From a virus (Duplodnaviria; Caudoviricetes): a DNA stretch of 33,112 nucleotides. Positions 1 to 9,346 of this stretch are shown here, in pieces. The translations under genes and the position numbers were made by a program. The stretch spans positions 1 through 33,112 of IMG/VR virus record IMGVR_UViG_3300011337_000256. The stretch is one strand, 5' to 3'. The first letter of the stretch is position 1. Every line of letters begins with the position of its first letter. Under the pieces are notes generated by a model that was given only the letters and a program-made list of their open reading frames with translations, ran no database searches and had not been told where the DNA came from.

Positions 1-189
1 AAAAAGGGAGTGGTGTTCCAACGATTCCTACAAGTAATGACCATACGGACGGCACATGGTTAACAACTGATTTATATGTCGGTGAATTTTACATGGACAT
101 GGGACTTGATAAAATTTACATGCGCACTGCTATTGGTATAGAAGAGGTTATCTTTGATGTTGCTAGTTTTGAAAGCATATACAACAAGG
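1..189. repeat. Terminal direct repeat, left copy (right copy at 32924-33112)
   Basis: Direct comparison: 64-189 is identical to 32987-33112; 1-63 has 6 substitutions (positions 10, 17, 23, 29, 47, 63). Confidence 0.97.
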
Positions 190-1001
190 CGACTGATTTT
201 AGCGCAATAAATAACACTAAATATCCATCAACTCAAGCAGTTGACTTATACATTGATAGTAAGTTAGCATCTTCAAATTATTGGATTTGTAAAGGCACAG
301 AAACTAGACGTGGATTTGTAGCTCAAAACAACTCAACTACTTTGTTTTTAGAAAATACAGCGGTCGGTTCTGCTGTTGGTACAGCTACGGCTGTAACTGC
401 GGCAAGTGGTAGTGAACTTTCTAAAATGGTTCGTACAAGAATGCAAGTATCAACACCAGCGGCGAATGGTATTTGTTCATATCGTTCGACTACTGCAATG
501 CATTTTGTAGGCACTGGATTTAGATTCAATTTTGGTTTTAGTTATTCAGATTCGACATTAAATACAGGTGCACGTCAATTTTACGGAATGACAGCAACTA
601 CGGGAGCGATTGCAATTAGTTCAACTATTTTAGTTGAAACATTGGTTAATTGCATTGGGATAGGTTCGGATGCATTAGATACTAACTTGCAAATATTCCA
701 CAATGACGGAACAGGCACATGTACGAAAATAGATTTAGGAAGTCAATTCCCAGCTAATCGTGGCGCATCCCCAGCAACTGACTTTTTTATATTTGAGTTA
801 TACAATGAGCCAAATAGTTTAAATGTTCAATATAGAGTAACATCGGTTCAAAATGCATTTTACCAAGTTAGTGGAACTATAACAACTAATTTACCAAGTA
901 ATGCCACATTGTTAACTATGCAAGCATGTAGAACATCGGGAGCATCTTCAAATAACTGTTCATTCGATTATTCACAAATGGTCATTTCATCAATAGCTTA
1001 G
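1..1001 (+). CDS. Putative tail fibre / virion protein, 5'-truncated here; true start is ATG 32893 across the circular junction (~343 aa)
   Basis: Frame is open from position 3 and matches the ORF starting MATEYKRIVIKKG at 32893. Thr/Ser/Gly-rich, beta-type composition; follows the 912-aa tail protein. Confidence 0.6.
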   Translation, partial: KGSGVPTIPTSNDHTDGTWLTTDLYVGEFYMDMGLDKIYMRTAIGIEEVIFDVASFESIYNKATDFSAINNTKYPSTQAVDLYIDSKLASSNYWICKGTETRRGFVAQNNSTTLFLENTAVGSAVGTATAVTAASGSELSKMVRTRMQVSTPAANGICSYRSTTAMHFVGTGFRFNFGFSYSDSTLNTGARQFYGMTATTGAIAISSTILVETLVNCIGIGSDALDTNLQIFHNDGTGTCTKIDLGSQFPANRGASPATDFFIFELYNEPNSLNVQYRVTSVQNAFYQVSGTITTNLPSNATLLTMQACRTSGASSNNCSFDYSQMVISSIA

Positions 1002-1003
1002 TT

Positions 1004-1171
1004 ATGGTAGAAATAATTACATACACAGAAAATAGAGGCGACATTACTTATGTCACGTCATCTCATTTAGATAAAATAGTGGTGGCGAATGAGGTTTTAA
1101 CGGAAAACGTAGAAGCTGAATTATTAATTCAAAAACAAATAATAGAAGACTATGTCATTAGAAATAGCTGA
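1004..1171 (+). CDS. Small hypothetical protein (55 aa, MVEIITYTEN...VIRNS), not in the ORF track
   Basis: Translated by hand; starts 2 nt after the upstream stop and fills the gap. Confidence 0.6.
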   Translation: MVEIITYTENRGDITYVTSSHLDKIVVANEVLTENVEAELLIQKQIIEDYVIRNS

Positions 1172-1310
1172 AGAATTATTGAAAGAACATAGTCTCAAAG
1201 ACTTTGATAATAGCGTTCGCGAGGGCTTTGCCTTGTTTGAATACTTGTTAAAACTTAAAGAAATTAATGACCCTGAATTAAACAAAATATTAGAGAATGG
1301 CAGAAAATAA
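1152..1310 (+). CDS. Small hypothetical protein (52 aa, MSLEIAEELL...ENGRK), not in the ORF track
   Basis: Translated by hand; overlaps both neighbours in typical phage packing. Confidence 0.6.
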   Translation: MSLEIAEELLKEHSLKDFDNSVREGFALFEYLLKLKEINDPELNKILENGRK

Positions 1311-3129
1311 AGACATAGGTTTTAATATAGAAGTTAAGGGAGTTGAAAGCTCTATTAATTCAATTAAGGATTTAAAGAAAGCCATTAAGGATGCAACGGA
1401 TGAACAAGTAAGAGCCGCCGAAAAGTTTGGTATAGGTTCTAAAGAATATCAAAAAGCATCTCAAAACGTTTCTGAATTACGCGACAAAGTTGACGACTTA
1501 AAAGACAGTACAAAGTCTTTACAAGGTAGTGGCATTGAAAGGGCTTCAGCTGGTTTCTCTCAATTAGGTGAAGGGATTAGAAATTTAGACTTTGATAAGG
1601 TTAAGGTCGGTTTTTCAGCAATGAAAACAGCCATTGCGGCGGTTGGTATTGGCTTAATCGTTCAATTAGTTCAATATCTAATCGAAAACTTTGACGAACT
1701 TTCTAAGGGTAGTAATGGAGTAGCTAAGGCTTTACGTTTTGTTGGTGACATCATTGGCGAGATTTTAAAGGTAGGTGAGCAAATGCTTAACTTTTTAACC
1801 GATGCTATTGGCTTAACTAGTGAACTTGAAAGGACTCAGGAAGCAATGGGTAAAAAAGCCATTGAATCGTTTACTAAAAGCAAAGAGGTATTAGGCGAAC
1901 AAACAGCCGAAATGGATAGAAACATTAAGGTAGCCAAGGCGATGGGTAAGAATACTGTCGAAATGGAAATCGAGAAACAGAAAGCCATTATTGAGACGAA
2001 TAAACAGTATTTGTTGCAACTTCAGCAAATGTCGAAAACTCGTGCCATTACAGAGGAAGAAAGAAAGTTAGTTAAGGAAGCGGCTAAATCAATTAAGGAT
2101 GCTAACGCTGAAATTCAGATCATTGAAGCGAATGCGAATAAGGAGAAAGAAGCTAAAACAAAAACTAATAATGAAACTGCAAAAGCGAATAGAGATAAAC
2201 AGTTAGCTGACGAAAAGAAACTCTTAGATGACATTCAAAAGGAGCGTTTAGCTTCAATGAAAGATAGGGATGCGGCGGCTTACATGCAGTTAGAACTTGA
2301 TAAGCAAAGAGCTATTGAAGAAATCAATGCAACGAAAGCTAGTGAGGCAATTAAGACGCAAGCAAAATTTTCAGCGCATCAAGAATACGTTGCAAAGGTT
2401 GAGGCACTAGATAAACAAATAGCTGATAGAAAATTAGCAGAAGAAGAAAAACTAAAAGCGGATGCAGAAACAAAGCGTTTAGCAGAAGAAGAAAAAAGAA
2501 AACAAGCTCAAGCTATTGCGGATGCTGAAAAGAAAAAGAAAGATGAAGAAGAATTAGCAAGGGAAAAAGCAAAAGAGGATGCAAGATTTCAGATAGCTCA
2601 AAACTCAATTAGTAGTTTGCAAGGCTTATCAGATATGTACTTTCTTTTCAAAACTAAGAATTTAGAAAAAGGAAGCGCAGAGGAATTACGACAAGCAAAG
2701 AGGCAGTTTGAAATAAACAAAGGTTTGCAAATAGCAAGCGCAACAATAGCTGGTATTCAAGGAGTTCAAAACGCATTAAGTGCAACATCTATTTTACCTG
2801 AGCCATTAGCAACTGCTTTCAGAATTTCAAATGCTATTGCGGTTGGTATTGCAAGTGCTTCAAATATAGCTAAGATAGCGGCTAGTCAATTTTCTGTTGG
2901 TGGCGGTGCTAGTGGTGGTGGTGCAGCTCCAGCATCTGCTCCTATTCCACCACCCCCAACAGTTAATACACCAGGCGCAAATGTAGAAGGTACACGATTT
3001 GACCAAGAAGGAAATAAAATAAATAACCAACAAACACCGACTATACAAGTAAATGCTACAGTTGGTGTCGATGAAATAAGTTCAAAACAAAATAGAGTTC
3101 AAGTGTTAGAAAATCAATCAAAATTTTAA
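1297..3129 (+). CDS. Tail tape measure protein
   Basis: 610 aa, long Ala/Lys/Glu coiled-coil character, hydrophobic segment AIAAVGIGLIVQLV, Ala-rich C-terminal helices and a Gly/Pro linker. Confidence 0.75.
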   Translation: MAENKDIGFNIEVKGVESSINSIKDLKKAIKDATDEQVRAAEKFGIGSKEYQKASQNVSELRDKVDDLKDSTKSLQGSGIERASAGFSQLGEGIRNLDFDKVKVGFSAMKTAIAAVGIGLIVQLVQYLIENFDELSKGSNGVAKALRFVGDIIGEILKVGEQMLNFLTDAIGLTSELERTQEAMGKKAIESFTKSKEVLGEQTAEMDRNIKVAKAMGKNTVEMEIEKQKAIIETNKQYLLQLQQMSKTRAITEEERKLVKEAAKSIKDANAEIQIIEANANKEKEAKTKTNNETAKANRDKQLADEKKLLDDIQKERLASMKDRDAAAYMQLELDKQRAIEEINATKASEAIKTQAKFSAHQEYVAKVEALDKQIADRKLAEEEKLKADAETKRLAEEEKRKQAQAIADAEKKKKDEEELAREKAKEDARFQIAQNSISSLQGLSDMYFLFKTKNLEKGSAEELRQAKRQFEINKGLQIASATIAGIQGVQNALSATSILPEPLATAFRISNAIAVGIASASNIAKIAASQFSVGGGASGGGAAPASAPIPPPPTVNTPGANVEGTRFDQEGNKINNQQTPTIQVNATVGVDEISSKQNRVQVLENQSKF

Positions 3130-3131
3130 TT

Positions 3132-3707
3132 ATGAAATATCCAGTTTATTTATTAGAGTTAGACGAAAGTGGAAATGCTCAATATGGCTTACAAGATGTG
3201 GCCTTAGTAGAAAGCCCTGCTTATGAATCTAATTTCTTAAAATTCGACAATCAACATAAAGCATTGTTTGCTATTCAAAACGAAGAAAAGAGAATCATTT
3301 GCGGTGCGGTAATGATACCTGATAAGTTAGTTTATCGAGAAGAAAACGGCAAACCATTCTATGTAGGTGCAACAAAAGAAACCATTTACGAAGCGTCTCA
3401 AAAGTGGGCCAAGGAAAACAGAAACCTTAATGTTAAAGCCACACACGAAGCAGAGGGTAATGTAAATGACGTGTTTATTTTTGAATCATTTGTTACCGAT
3501 GAAAATAGAGTGCAATCGGTTAAGGGTTTTGAGGAATTACCTTATGGTACTTGGTTTATGACAATGAAAATTAATAATGAGGACGTATGGAATAAAGTTA
3601 AACAAGGCGAATTTAATGGGTTCAGTTTAGAGGCTTTATTTAAGTTAAAACCAGTAGAGCCTTTGAATGATGCTGAAATAAAAGCATTGATGAATTTAAT
3701 TGATTAA
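3132..3707 (+). CDS. Prohead maturation protease, XkdF-like (Peptidase_S78_2 type)
   Basis: Motifs VALVESPA, EEKRIICGAVMIPDK, H (ATH), LPYGTWF, W..VK.GEFNGFSLE; lies upstream of scaffold and capsid genes. Confidence 0.85.
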   Translation: MKYPVYLLELDESGNAQYGLQDVALVESPAYESNFLKFDNQHKALFAIQNEEKRIICGAVMIPDKLVYREENGKPFYVGATKETIYEASQKWAKENRNLNVKATHEAEGNVNDVFIFESFVTDENRVQSVKGFEELPYGTWFMTMKINNEDVWNKVKQGEFNGFSLEALFKLKPVEPLNDAEIKALMNLID

Positions 3708-3713
3708 AAAGTT

Positions 3714-3740
3714 ATCACTGATAAAAAAATAAATACTTAA
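3714..3740 (+). promoter_or_regulatory. Putative phage late promoter ATCA-N14-AATACTT
   Basis: ATCA 3714-3717 and AATACTT 3732-3738; the same bipartite motif occurs at 6161, 11577 and 27765. Confidence 0.6.
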
Positions 3741-3747
3741 AAGAAAA

Positions 3748-4308
3748 ATGAAAATGAATTTAAACGAAACAATAAATAATATTTTGCCTACAGAATTGAA
3801 AGCAAAATTAAAAAGTGCTTTTATGCAATTTGCTGAAACTCCTGCAGTAGAGCCACAACAAGAGCCAATTAAAATGGCTGAAATTAAATTAGTTGATGGG
3901 AATGTGGTTTCTGTAGAAGGTGAATTTGTAGTTGGTGCAAAGATTTTCTTAGTGACGCCCGAAGGACTTGTTGTAGCGCCGAATGGCGAACATACAGCGG
4001 AAGATGGAACAGTGGTTACTGTGTTAGACGGTGTAATAACTGAAATCGAAGCTAAGGAAGAAATCGAAGCAATGCCAGAAGAAATGAGCGAAATCAATAA
4101 GTTGAAAACTGAAATGGCTTCAATGTTGGCTGAATTAAATTCTTTAAAAGCTGAATTTGCTAAACAAAACGAAACATCAAAATTGACTTTATCAGCTATC
4201 AATAAAATCATTGAAACTCCAGTTGCTGAGCCAGTTGAAATGAAAGTTGACTTTTCAACATTGACTGCTTACCAAAAACACAAATTAGCTAAATATGGCA
4301 AAATATAA
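3748..4308 (+). CDS. Capsid scaffolding protein
   Basis: Acidic, with APNGEH..EDG.V.TV.DGVITEI beta module and a C-terminal coiled coil; between protease and capsid. Confidence 0.65.
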   Translation: MKMNLNETINNILPTELKAKLKSAFMQFAETPAVEPQQEPIKMAEIKLVDGNVVSVEGEFVVGAKIFLVTPEGLVVAPNGEHTAEDGTVVTVLDGVITEIEAKEEIEAMPEEMSEINKLKTEMASMLAELNSLKAEFAKQNETSKLTLSAINKIIETPVAEPVEMKVDFSTLTAYQKHKLAKYGKI

Positions 4309-4501
4309 ATTTAAAGAAGGATTCGAATACATATTCAATGGTGGTAAAATCACTAACGAATATTTAACCGATGACGTTGCAATTCATCTTATCTCAAAAG
4401 GTCGTGTAAAATTAGAAGACTTTGACATATTAGAGGAAAACCAACAACAAGAAATAAAACAAGAAGAAAAAAAAATAAAAAAAACAAAAACTAAAAACTA
4501 A
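4295..4501 (+). CDS. Small head-associated hypothetical protein
   Basis: 68 aa, overlaps the scaffold stop, Lys-rich tail. Confidence 0.55.
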   Translation: MAKYKFKEGFEYIFNGGKITNEYLTDDVAIHLISKGRVKLEDFDILEENQQQEIKQEEKKIKKTKTKN

Positions 4502-4506
4502 ACATT

Positions 4507-5523
4507 ATGGCAATTACTTACAGTCCAATAGAAATTCGCGGTGTAGCCGCTTCTCCAGTAGTGGAGGAAGTCTTATTTGAAAACAAAACTTTATCTGAAG
4601 GCTTAGTTACTTTTGAAGAAGAAGTTAAAAACGAAGTTATCTTTACAGAAGGATCTACTACTGCTACTATGCAAGCATATACAAGCGGTGCGCCTTCAAC
4701 ATCAGGTTCTTTAGATTTATTTGATGTATCTGTAACTCCTACTAAATATTTGTATTACCAAACATTTGACCCAAATACTTTACGTCCTTCAAGATTCAAA
4801 CGTGATATGAAACCGGGTGCATGGGAAACTTTAAGTAATGAATTTGAGCAAGTAGTTATCGGTGGTATGTACTCTAAAAAAATCGCATACGATGCTGAAT
4901 TTCAATTTTGGAGTGGTATCACTTCAGCACAAAAAACAGCTATTGCTGCATTAACTGCTGGTACTTTAAACACTGAAATTGGTGCTGACGAAAAAACAGT
5001 AGCTGCTGCTTTGACTGCTGGTCAATTCAATGGAGTTGTAGCTTCAATGATGTACAATAACTGGAACGCGGCTGGTACTCCAGGTGTAGGTAAACGTATC
5101 AAAGTTGATGGTATCGCTATCACTTCATCTAACATTGCACAAGAATACGCGCGTGTGTATTCTGCTATTCCTGCAACTGTATTAGCTAGCGGAATGCCAG
5201 CATATATCTATGCTCCAAAGTCTCACATGCAGTTAATCAACATTTATAATACTTCTGCAACTTACCGTGATTTATTCAGCGTACAAGGAGAAAAATATTT
5301 CTACAATGGTGTTGAAATTAAATTTGTACCTGTACCTGAAAACGTAATTATTGCGGCTCCAAAAGAACATTTATTTTGGGTTACTGATTTAACTTCTGAC
5401 GTGAATAAATTTGAAGTTAACAAAGTAGCTTTAAACCAAGATTTATTATTCGTGAAACACGTTGGTACAATTGCTGCTTATGTAGCTAACCAAGCGTTCA
5501 ACGTTTTATATTGCGGTTCTTAA
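4507..5523 (+). CDS. Major capsid protein
   Basis: 338 aa, strongly biased codon use typical of high expression, position after protease and scaffold, followed by a terminator; HK97-like features (YNGVEIKFVP). Confidence 0.8.
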   Translation: MAITYSPIEIRGVAASPVVEEVLFENKTLSEGLVTFEEEVKNEVIFTEGSTTATMQAYTSGAPSTSGSLDLFDVSVTPTKYLYYQTFDPNTLRPSRFKRDMKPGAWETLSNEFEQVVIGGMYSKKIAYDAEFQFWSGITSAQKTAIAALTAGTLNTEIGADEKTVAAALTAGQFNGVVASMMYNNWNAAGTPGVGKRIKVDGIAITSSNIAQEYARVYSAIPATVLASGMPAYIYAPKSHMQLINIYNTSATYRDLFSVQGEKYFYNGVEIKFVPVPENVIIAAPKEHLFWVTDLTSDVNKFEVNKVALNQDLLFVKHVGTIAAYVANQAFNVLYCGS

Positions 5524-5532
5524 TATTAACAC

Positions 5533-5560
5533 AGGGGAGAGTTGAAAGCCTCCCTTTTTT
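5533..5560 (+). terminator. Intrinsic terminator after the capsid gene
   Basis: GGGAG...CTCCC stem followed by T6. Confidence 0.75.
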
Positions 5561-5586
5561 ATAAACCTTAAAAAAAAATTATTATT

Positions 5587-6102
5587 ATGGCATGTGCATT
5601 GACACAAGGACACACTCCGAAGGTTTGTAAGACCTCAGCGGGTGTTAAGTCCTTTTTAATTACAGAATTTGCAAACGTAACATCATTAACTAAAACAGCT
5701 GGTGTGATTACAACACTTACAACTGTTGTGGGTGCTGACTTTTTCAGATACAAACAAAAATCTGAAGTAGCTTCATTCAAACAAACAGGTGCTTCCGATG
5801 TTAAAACAGGAACAGTTGCTTACGACTTAGAAGCTAACTTGGAATTGTTAGGATTAGACCAAGCAACACAAACTGAATTAGATTTGTTAATCAGAAATAC
5901 AGTTGTTTTAATAGCTGAAATGACTGACGGTACTTATTGGTATTTAGGAGAAAATTACGGTATGGACTTGGTTTCTGACGGCTTAGAGTCAGGTATGGCA
6001 TTAGGTGATTTCATGGGTAACAAAATTCAATTTAAAGGACGTGCTTATACTCGTGTGGCTTCAGTTAGCTCTACAGTAATTAGCGGACTTACTATCGCAT
6101 AA
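5587..6102 (+). CDS. Putative major tail (tube) protein
   Basis: 171 aa, MAC.LT.G....C N-terminus, beta-rich, high-expression codon bias, own terminator. Confidence 0.6.
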   Translation: MACALTQGHTPKVCKTSAGVKSFLITEFANVTSLTKTAGVITTLTTVVGADFFRYKQKSEVASFKQTGASDVKTGTVAYDLEANLELLGLDQATQTELDLLIRNTVVLIAEMTDGTYWYLGENYGMDLVSDGLESGMALGDFMGNKIQFKGRAYTRVASVSSTVISGLTIA

Positions 6103-6128
6103 ACAACTCGCTTTCATGTGGTTTGTTG

Positions 6129-6160
6129 AGACAGTCATTAACGTGACTGTCTTTTTTTTT
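6129..6160 (+). terminator. Intrinsic terminator
   Basis: Perfect 9-bp stem AGACAGTCA/TGACTGTCT, loop TTAACG, T tract. Confidence 0.9.
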
Positions 6161-6188
6161 ATCATTATTTTTGTAAATTAATACTTTA
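6161..6188 (+). promoter_or_regulatory. Putative phage late promoter ATCA-N15-AATACTT
   Basis: ATCA 6161-6164 and AATACTT 6180-6186, immediately after a terminator. Confidence 0.6.
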
Positions 6189-6194
6189 GTTTTA

Positions 6195-6587
6195 ATGATA
6201 CTGATTAACAAGAATAGCGCAAACACTTGTATTTTAACGTTAAGCGAAAGAACAACGTTAACGAATGCAAAGTATTTGTTTGAGTTTATAAATGATAGCA
6301 CTAAGCAAACAAAAACTTTTCTTTGCGCTGATATATCAACTAACAAAGAACGTTGTAATGAATTTGTAATTACAGAAAATGCAATTGAAAATTTACTAAC
6401 GGGAACGGTATCGTTAACCATTGGGGATTGGAAATATAACATCTATCAGCAAACATCATCAACTAATTTAATCGTGGCTAACAGCGGTGCATTAGTTGAA
6501 AATGGTAAGGTTGAGGTAAAAGGAACATCAACTGATTTAGCAGAATTTACAGGCGAACAAACAACTTACAAAGAATTTAATGGCTAA
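6195..6587 (+). CDS. Hypothetical virion protein (beta-rich)
   Basis: 130 aa, overlaps the portal start. Confidence 0.6.
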   Translation: MILINKNSANTCILTLSERTTLTNAKYLFEFINDSTKQTKTFLCADISTNKERCNEFVITENAIENLLTGTVSLTIGDWKYNIYQQTSSTNLIVANSGALVENGKVEVKGTSTDLAEFTGEQTTYKEFNG

Positions 6588-8643
6588 AAATAATACATCA
6601 ATCGAAGTGCTAAATAATAATTTAGCTTTCGTTCAATTTGGCGAAGAAAAAAGACCTGAATTAAAAAAGGACTGGCAACATGATTACATTAAGTATGGTA
6701 AGAAAAACGATTTCCCACAGGAACTTGTTAGATACTTTGAAGAACACGCAGAGCATGGAGCCATTGTAAATGCTAAGGCTCGCTATTTGTGGGGCCGTGG
6801 ATTAAAAGCCGTAAACAAAGAACAAGACGAACAAGCTGATTTGTTTTTAAGCAAGGCGAATCGTTTTGAAAGTTGGAATAAGATCGGGCAAAAGTTAGCA
6901 TTAGATTGTGAGTTATTTAATTCATTTTACTTACAAGTAATTACCGACATTAATGGTAAGCCTGTCGAATATTTCCATTTGCAATATGCTAACTGCCGAT
7001 TAAGTGAATGCAAAACTAAACTTTACTTTTGCGAAGATTGGACTGTAAGGAATCCTGATTTCAAAGTATTTTCAATATATAAGAAAGGACAAGTAGGTAC
7101 GTTTTTTACTTCATTCAGATACTATCAGCCTGCAAAGAGTAGATTAGATGCTGTTTACACAAAGGTGCCTTACAATGGATGTTTGAGCGAAATTAAAAGT
7201 GATATTGATATAACTACATTTAACGAATCATTTATTCGCCGTGGTTTCTCTTCATCAATGATGGTGACGTTCTTCAATGGTGAACAACCACCTGAAGTTA
7301 AACGTGCTATCAAAGATAGATTTGAACAAACTTATACAGGGGTTGAAAACGCTGGTAGTGTAGTGCTTAACTTCGCTGATAAGAACGGGCAAGCTGCATC
7401 AATACAACCGATAAGCATTGATGAACTTGATAAAAAATTTGAATTTACTTCAAAGCGTTTACAACAAAAGATTTTAGTATCTCACAACGTTACTAACCCC
7501 GAAATATTTGGAGTTAAGACAGAGGGCAGCGCATTAGGTAATAGAGTAAGCGTAAAAGAATCTTATGAGTTATTCTTAAACACATACAGTAAGCCTAGAC
7601 AAGAGCCATTGCTACAATATATAGCAGACATTTGCTATTTAATGACAAGTGTTTATATTGAATTTGACTTTGACCAATTAGAGCCAATAGGATATGATTT
7701 CTCTACTGACCAAGATTTGACGCAAGACGAAAGACGCGCCATTAAAGGGTTTGAGCCATTGAGCGAACAACAACCAACAGAACAAATACAAGCGCAAGTT
7801 AATAGCACATTGACTAACTTAACTGGTAGACAGTTTCAAGGCTTAATGAGAATCGTTAATAAATATGACAAAGGTACTATCAACAAACAATCAGCTATTG
7901 CGTTAATGGTTAATGGATTTGGTTTGTCAAACGAAGATGCTTTAACTTTCTTAAATGAAAACGATGCTATTGATGAAAGTATAGTTAAAATGTCGAAGCA
8001 GAATGAAGATGTTATTTTATCTCGTTTATTAGAATTGGCAGAGCCTGACAACGAAGGCCACGAAGTATTATTTGAAGAAGAAGTACACATACATAACTTA
8101 AAGGATGCTTTAAAATACGAATTAAAGGCCCATAGAATGTACTTTGAAGACATGCTGAATATAAGTGTCACTGATTTAGATAAGGCCGTTCTAAACGCAA
8201 TTAAAGGCAACCCAACATTGACGCAAGAAGAATTGGCGAAGTTATTAAATGTATCTATTGAAAAAATTAAGCAATCAGTTTTCAGATTAAAGGATAAGGG
8301 GCTAGTTGAAAAAAACGCTAGAGCCTATGAAATAACTGACAAAGGCATTGAAAAAAAAAGCGAGCCGATTAAGACGACTACTATCAAAACAGTTTACAAA
8401 TACGCGGTAAGACAACCAACGCCACCATTGAAGGGTAATTCAAGAACTTTCTGCCAAAAATTAATGGCTAAAACTGAAAGCGGTAAACATTGGAGTTTTG
8501 AAAGTTTAGAGAAATTAGAAAATGAGTTTGGAATGAATGCATTTGATTACCGCGGTGGGTGGTGGACAAACGCAAACACCGGAGAAACTACACCTTACTG
8601 TCGTCACATTTGGAAAGCTATAACAATTAAAGAAACTAAATAA
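6580..8643 (+). CDS. Portal protein with C-terminal winged-HTH and Cys/His (MuF-like) extensions
   Basis: N-terminal ~395 aa portal-like (YGKKNDFPQ, H.AIVNAKA, TG.ENAG, KILVSH.VT.P.IFG); HTH TLTQEELAKLLNVS...LKDKGLV; C-terminal SRTFC...RGG...YCRH.W. Confidence 0.8.
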   Translation: MAKNNTSIEVLNNNLAFVQFGEEKRPELKKDWQHDYIKYGKKNDFPQELVRYFEEHAEHGAIVNAKARYLWGRGLKAVNKEQDEQADLFLSKANRFESWNKIGQKLALDCELFNSFYLQVITDINGKPVEYFHLQYANCRLSECKTKLYFCEDWTVRNPDFKVFSIYKKGQVGTFFTSFRYYQPAKSRLDAVYTKVPYNGCLSEIKSDIDITTFNESFIRRGFSSSMMVTFFNGEQPPEVKRAIKDRFEQTYTGVENAGSVVLNFADKNGQAASIQPISIDELDKKFEFTSKRLQQKILVSHNVTNPEIFGVKTEGSALGNRVSVKESYELFLNTYSKPRQEPLLQYIADICYLMTSVYIEFDFDQLEPIGYDFSTDQDLTQDERRAIKGFEPLSEQQPTEQIQAQVNSTLTNLTGRQFQGLMRIVNKYDKGTINKQSAIALMVNGFGLSNEDALTFLNENDAIDESIVKMSKQNEDVILSRLLELAEPDNEGHEVLFEEEVHIHNLKDALKYELKAHRMYFEDMLNISVTDLDKAVLNAIKGNPTLTQEELAKLLNVSIEKIKQSVFRLKDKGLVEKNARAYEITDKGIEKKSEPIKTTTIKTVYKYAVRQPTPPLKGNSRTFCQKLMAKTESGKHWSFESLEKLENEFGMNAFDYRGGWWTNANTGETTPYCRHIWKAITIKETK

Positions 8644-8644
8644 A

Positions 8645-9214
8645 ATGGATGCACTATTTATAAGCCAACAATATTTAAAGGATAAGTCTTTAATAAATGA
8701 CAATACCGACTGGGAACTTTTACAGCCGTCAATTATCATGATACAAGATTTGTATTTGCAACAAGTTTTGGGAACACCTTTGTTTGAGGACTTACAAGAT
8801 AAGATAACAAATAACACGTTATCAGTTGATGAAACTAATCTAATAAAAAAGTACATCCAAAAAATGCTTCATTGGTATATTTTAATGGAGGCGACAACCA
8901 TTTTAAAGTATAGATACACTAACAAAGGAGTTATGGTTAAGTCATCTGAAAACTCACAGCCGATAAGTGAAAGCGAAATGAAAGTAGTTAAGGATGACTG
9001 GCGAAGTATTGGCGAACGTTATTCGGAATTATTAACTAAATATTTAATCAAATATTCGTCAACTTTCCCACTTTATAATACTTATAACAGTGAGGGAATG
9101 AATCGTTCATTAACTAACTTATCAACTGGTATATTTATAAATGACGATTATATTATTCGTAAAGTTAATCCAAGTGATAATGATCAATTAACTGATTTCG
9201 GATGGACATACTAA
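8645..9214 (+). CDS. Putative head-tail adaptor
   Basis: 189 aa helical protein directly after the portal (ALFIS...QD..LQQVLGT.LF). Confidence 0.55.
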   Translation: MDALFISQQYLKDKSLINDNTDWELLQPSIIMIQDLYLQQVLGTPLFEDLQDKITNNTLSVDETNLIKKYIQKMLHWYILMEATTILKYRYTNKGVMVKSSENSQPISESEMKVVKDDWRSIGERYSELLTKYLIKYSSTFPLYNTYNSEGMNRSLTNLSTGIFINDDYIIRKVNPSDNDQLTDFGWTY

Positions 9215-9217
9215 AAT

Positions 9218-9346
9218 ATGAGCAAAGCAAACGAAAAGAAAATTATAGAAAAATTAAAGGTTTTAAAGCCTACTGTATATGCTGACATTAAACCAAACAA
9301 TCGAGATTTTAAAAAACTTTTCTTCCAAACACAAAAGCTTAAATAG
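9218..9346 (+). CDS. Small basic hypothetical protein (42 aa, MSKANEKKII...)
   Basis: Translated by hand; starts 3 nt after the upstream stop, fills the gap and overlaps the next gene by 68 nt. Confidence 0.4.
   Translation: MSKANEKKIIEKLKVLKPTVYADIKPNNRDFKKLFFQTQKLK

Noticed and set aside
1-63. Diversity-generating retroelement TR/VR pair (near-identical repeats in a fibre gene, plus an Mtd_N-like protein)
   Set aside because: Mismatches are not adenine-specific (G/T and T/C occur), are mostly synonymous, lie at the N-terminus, and no reverse transcriptase is present.
4466-4506. A-runs at the end of the 68-aa ORF as a frameshift into the capsid gene
   Set aside because: The capsid frame has a TAA at 4492-4494 downstream of the long A-runs; the A-rich tract is better explained as a Bacteroidota translation leader.
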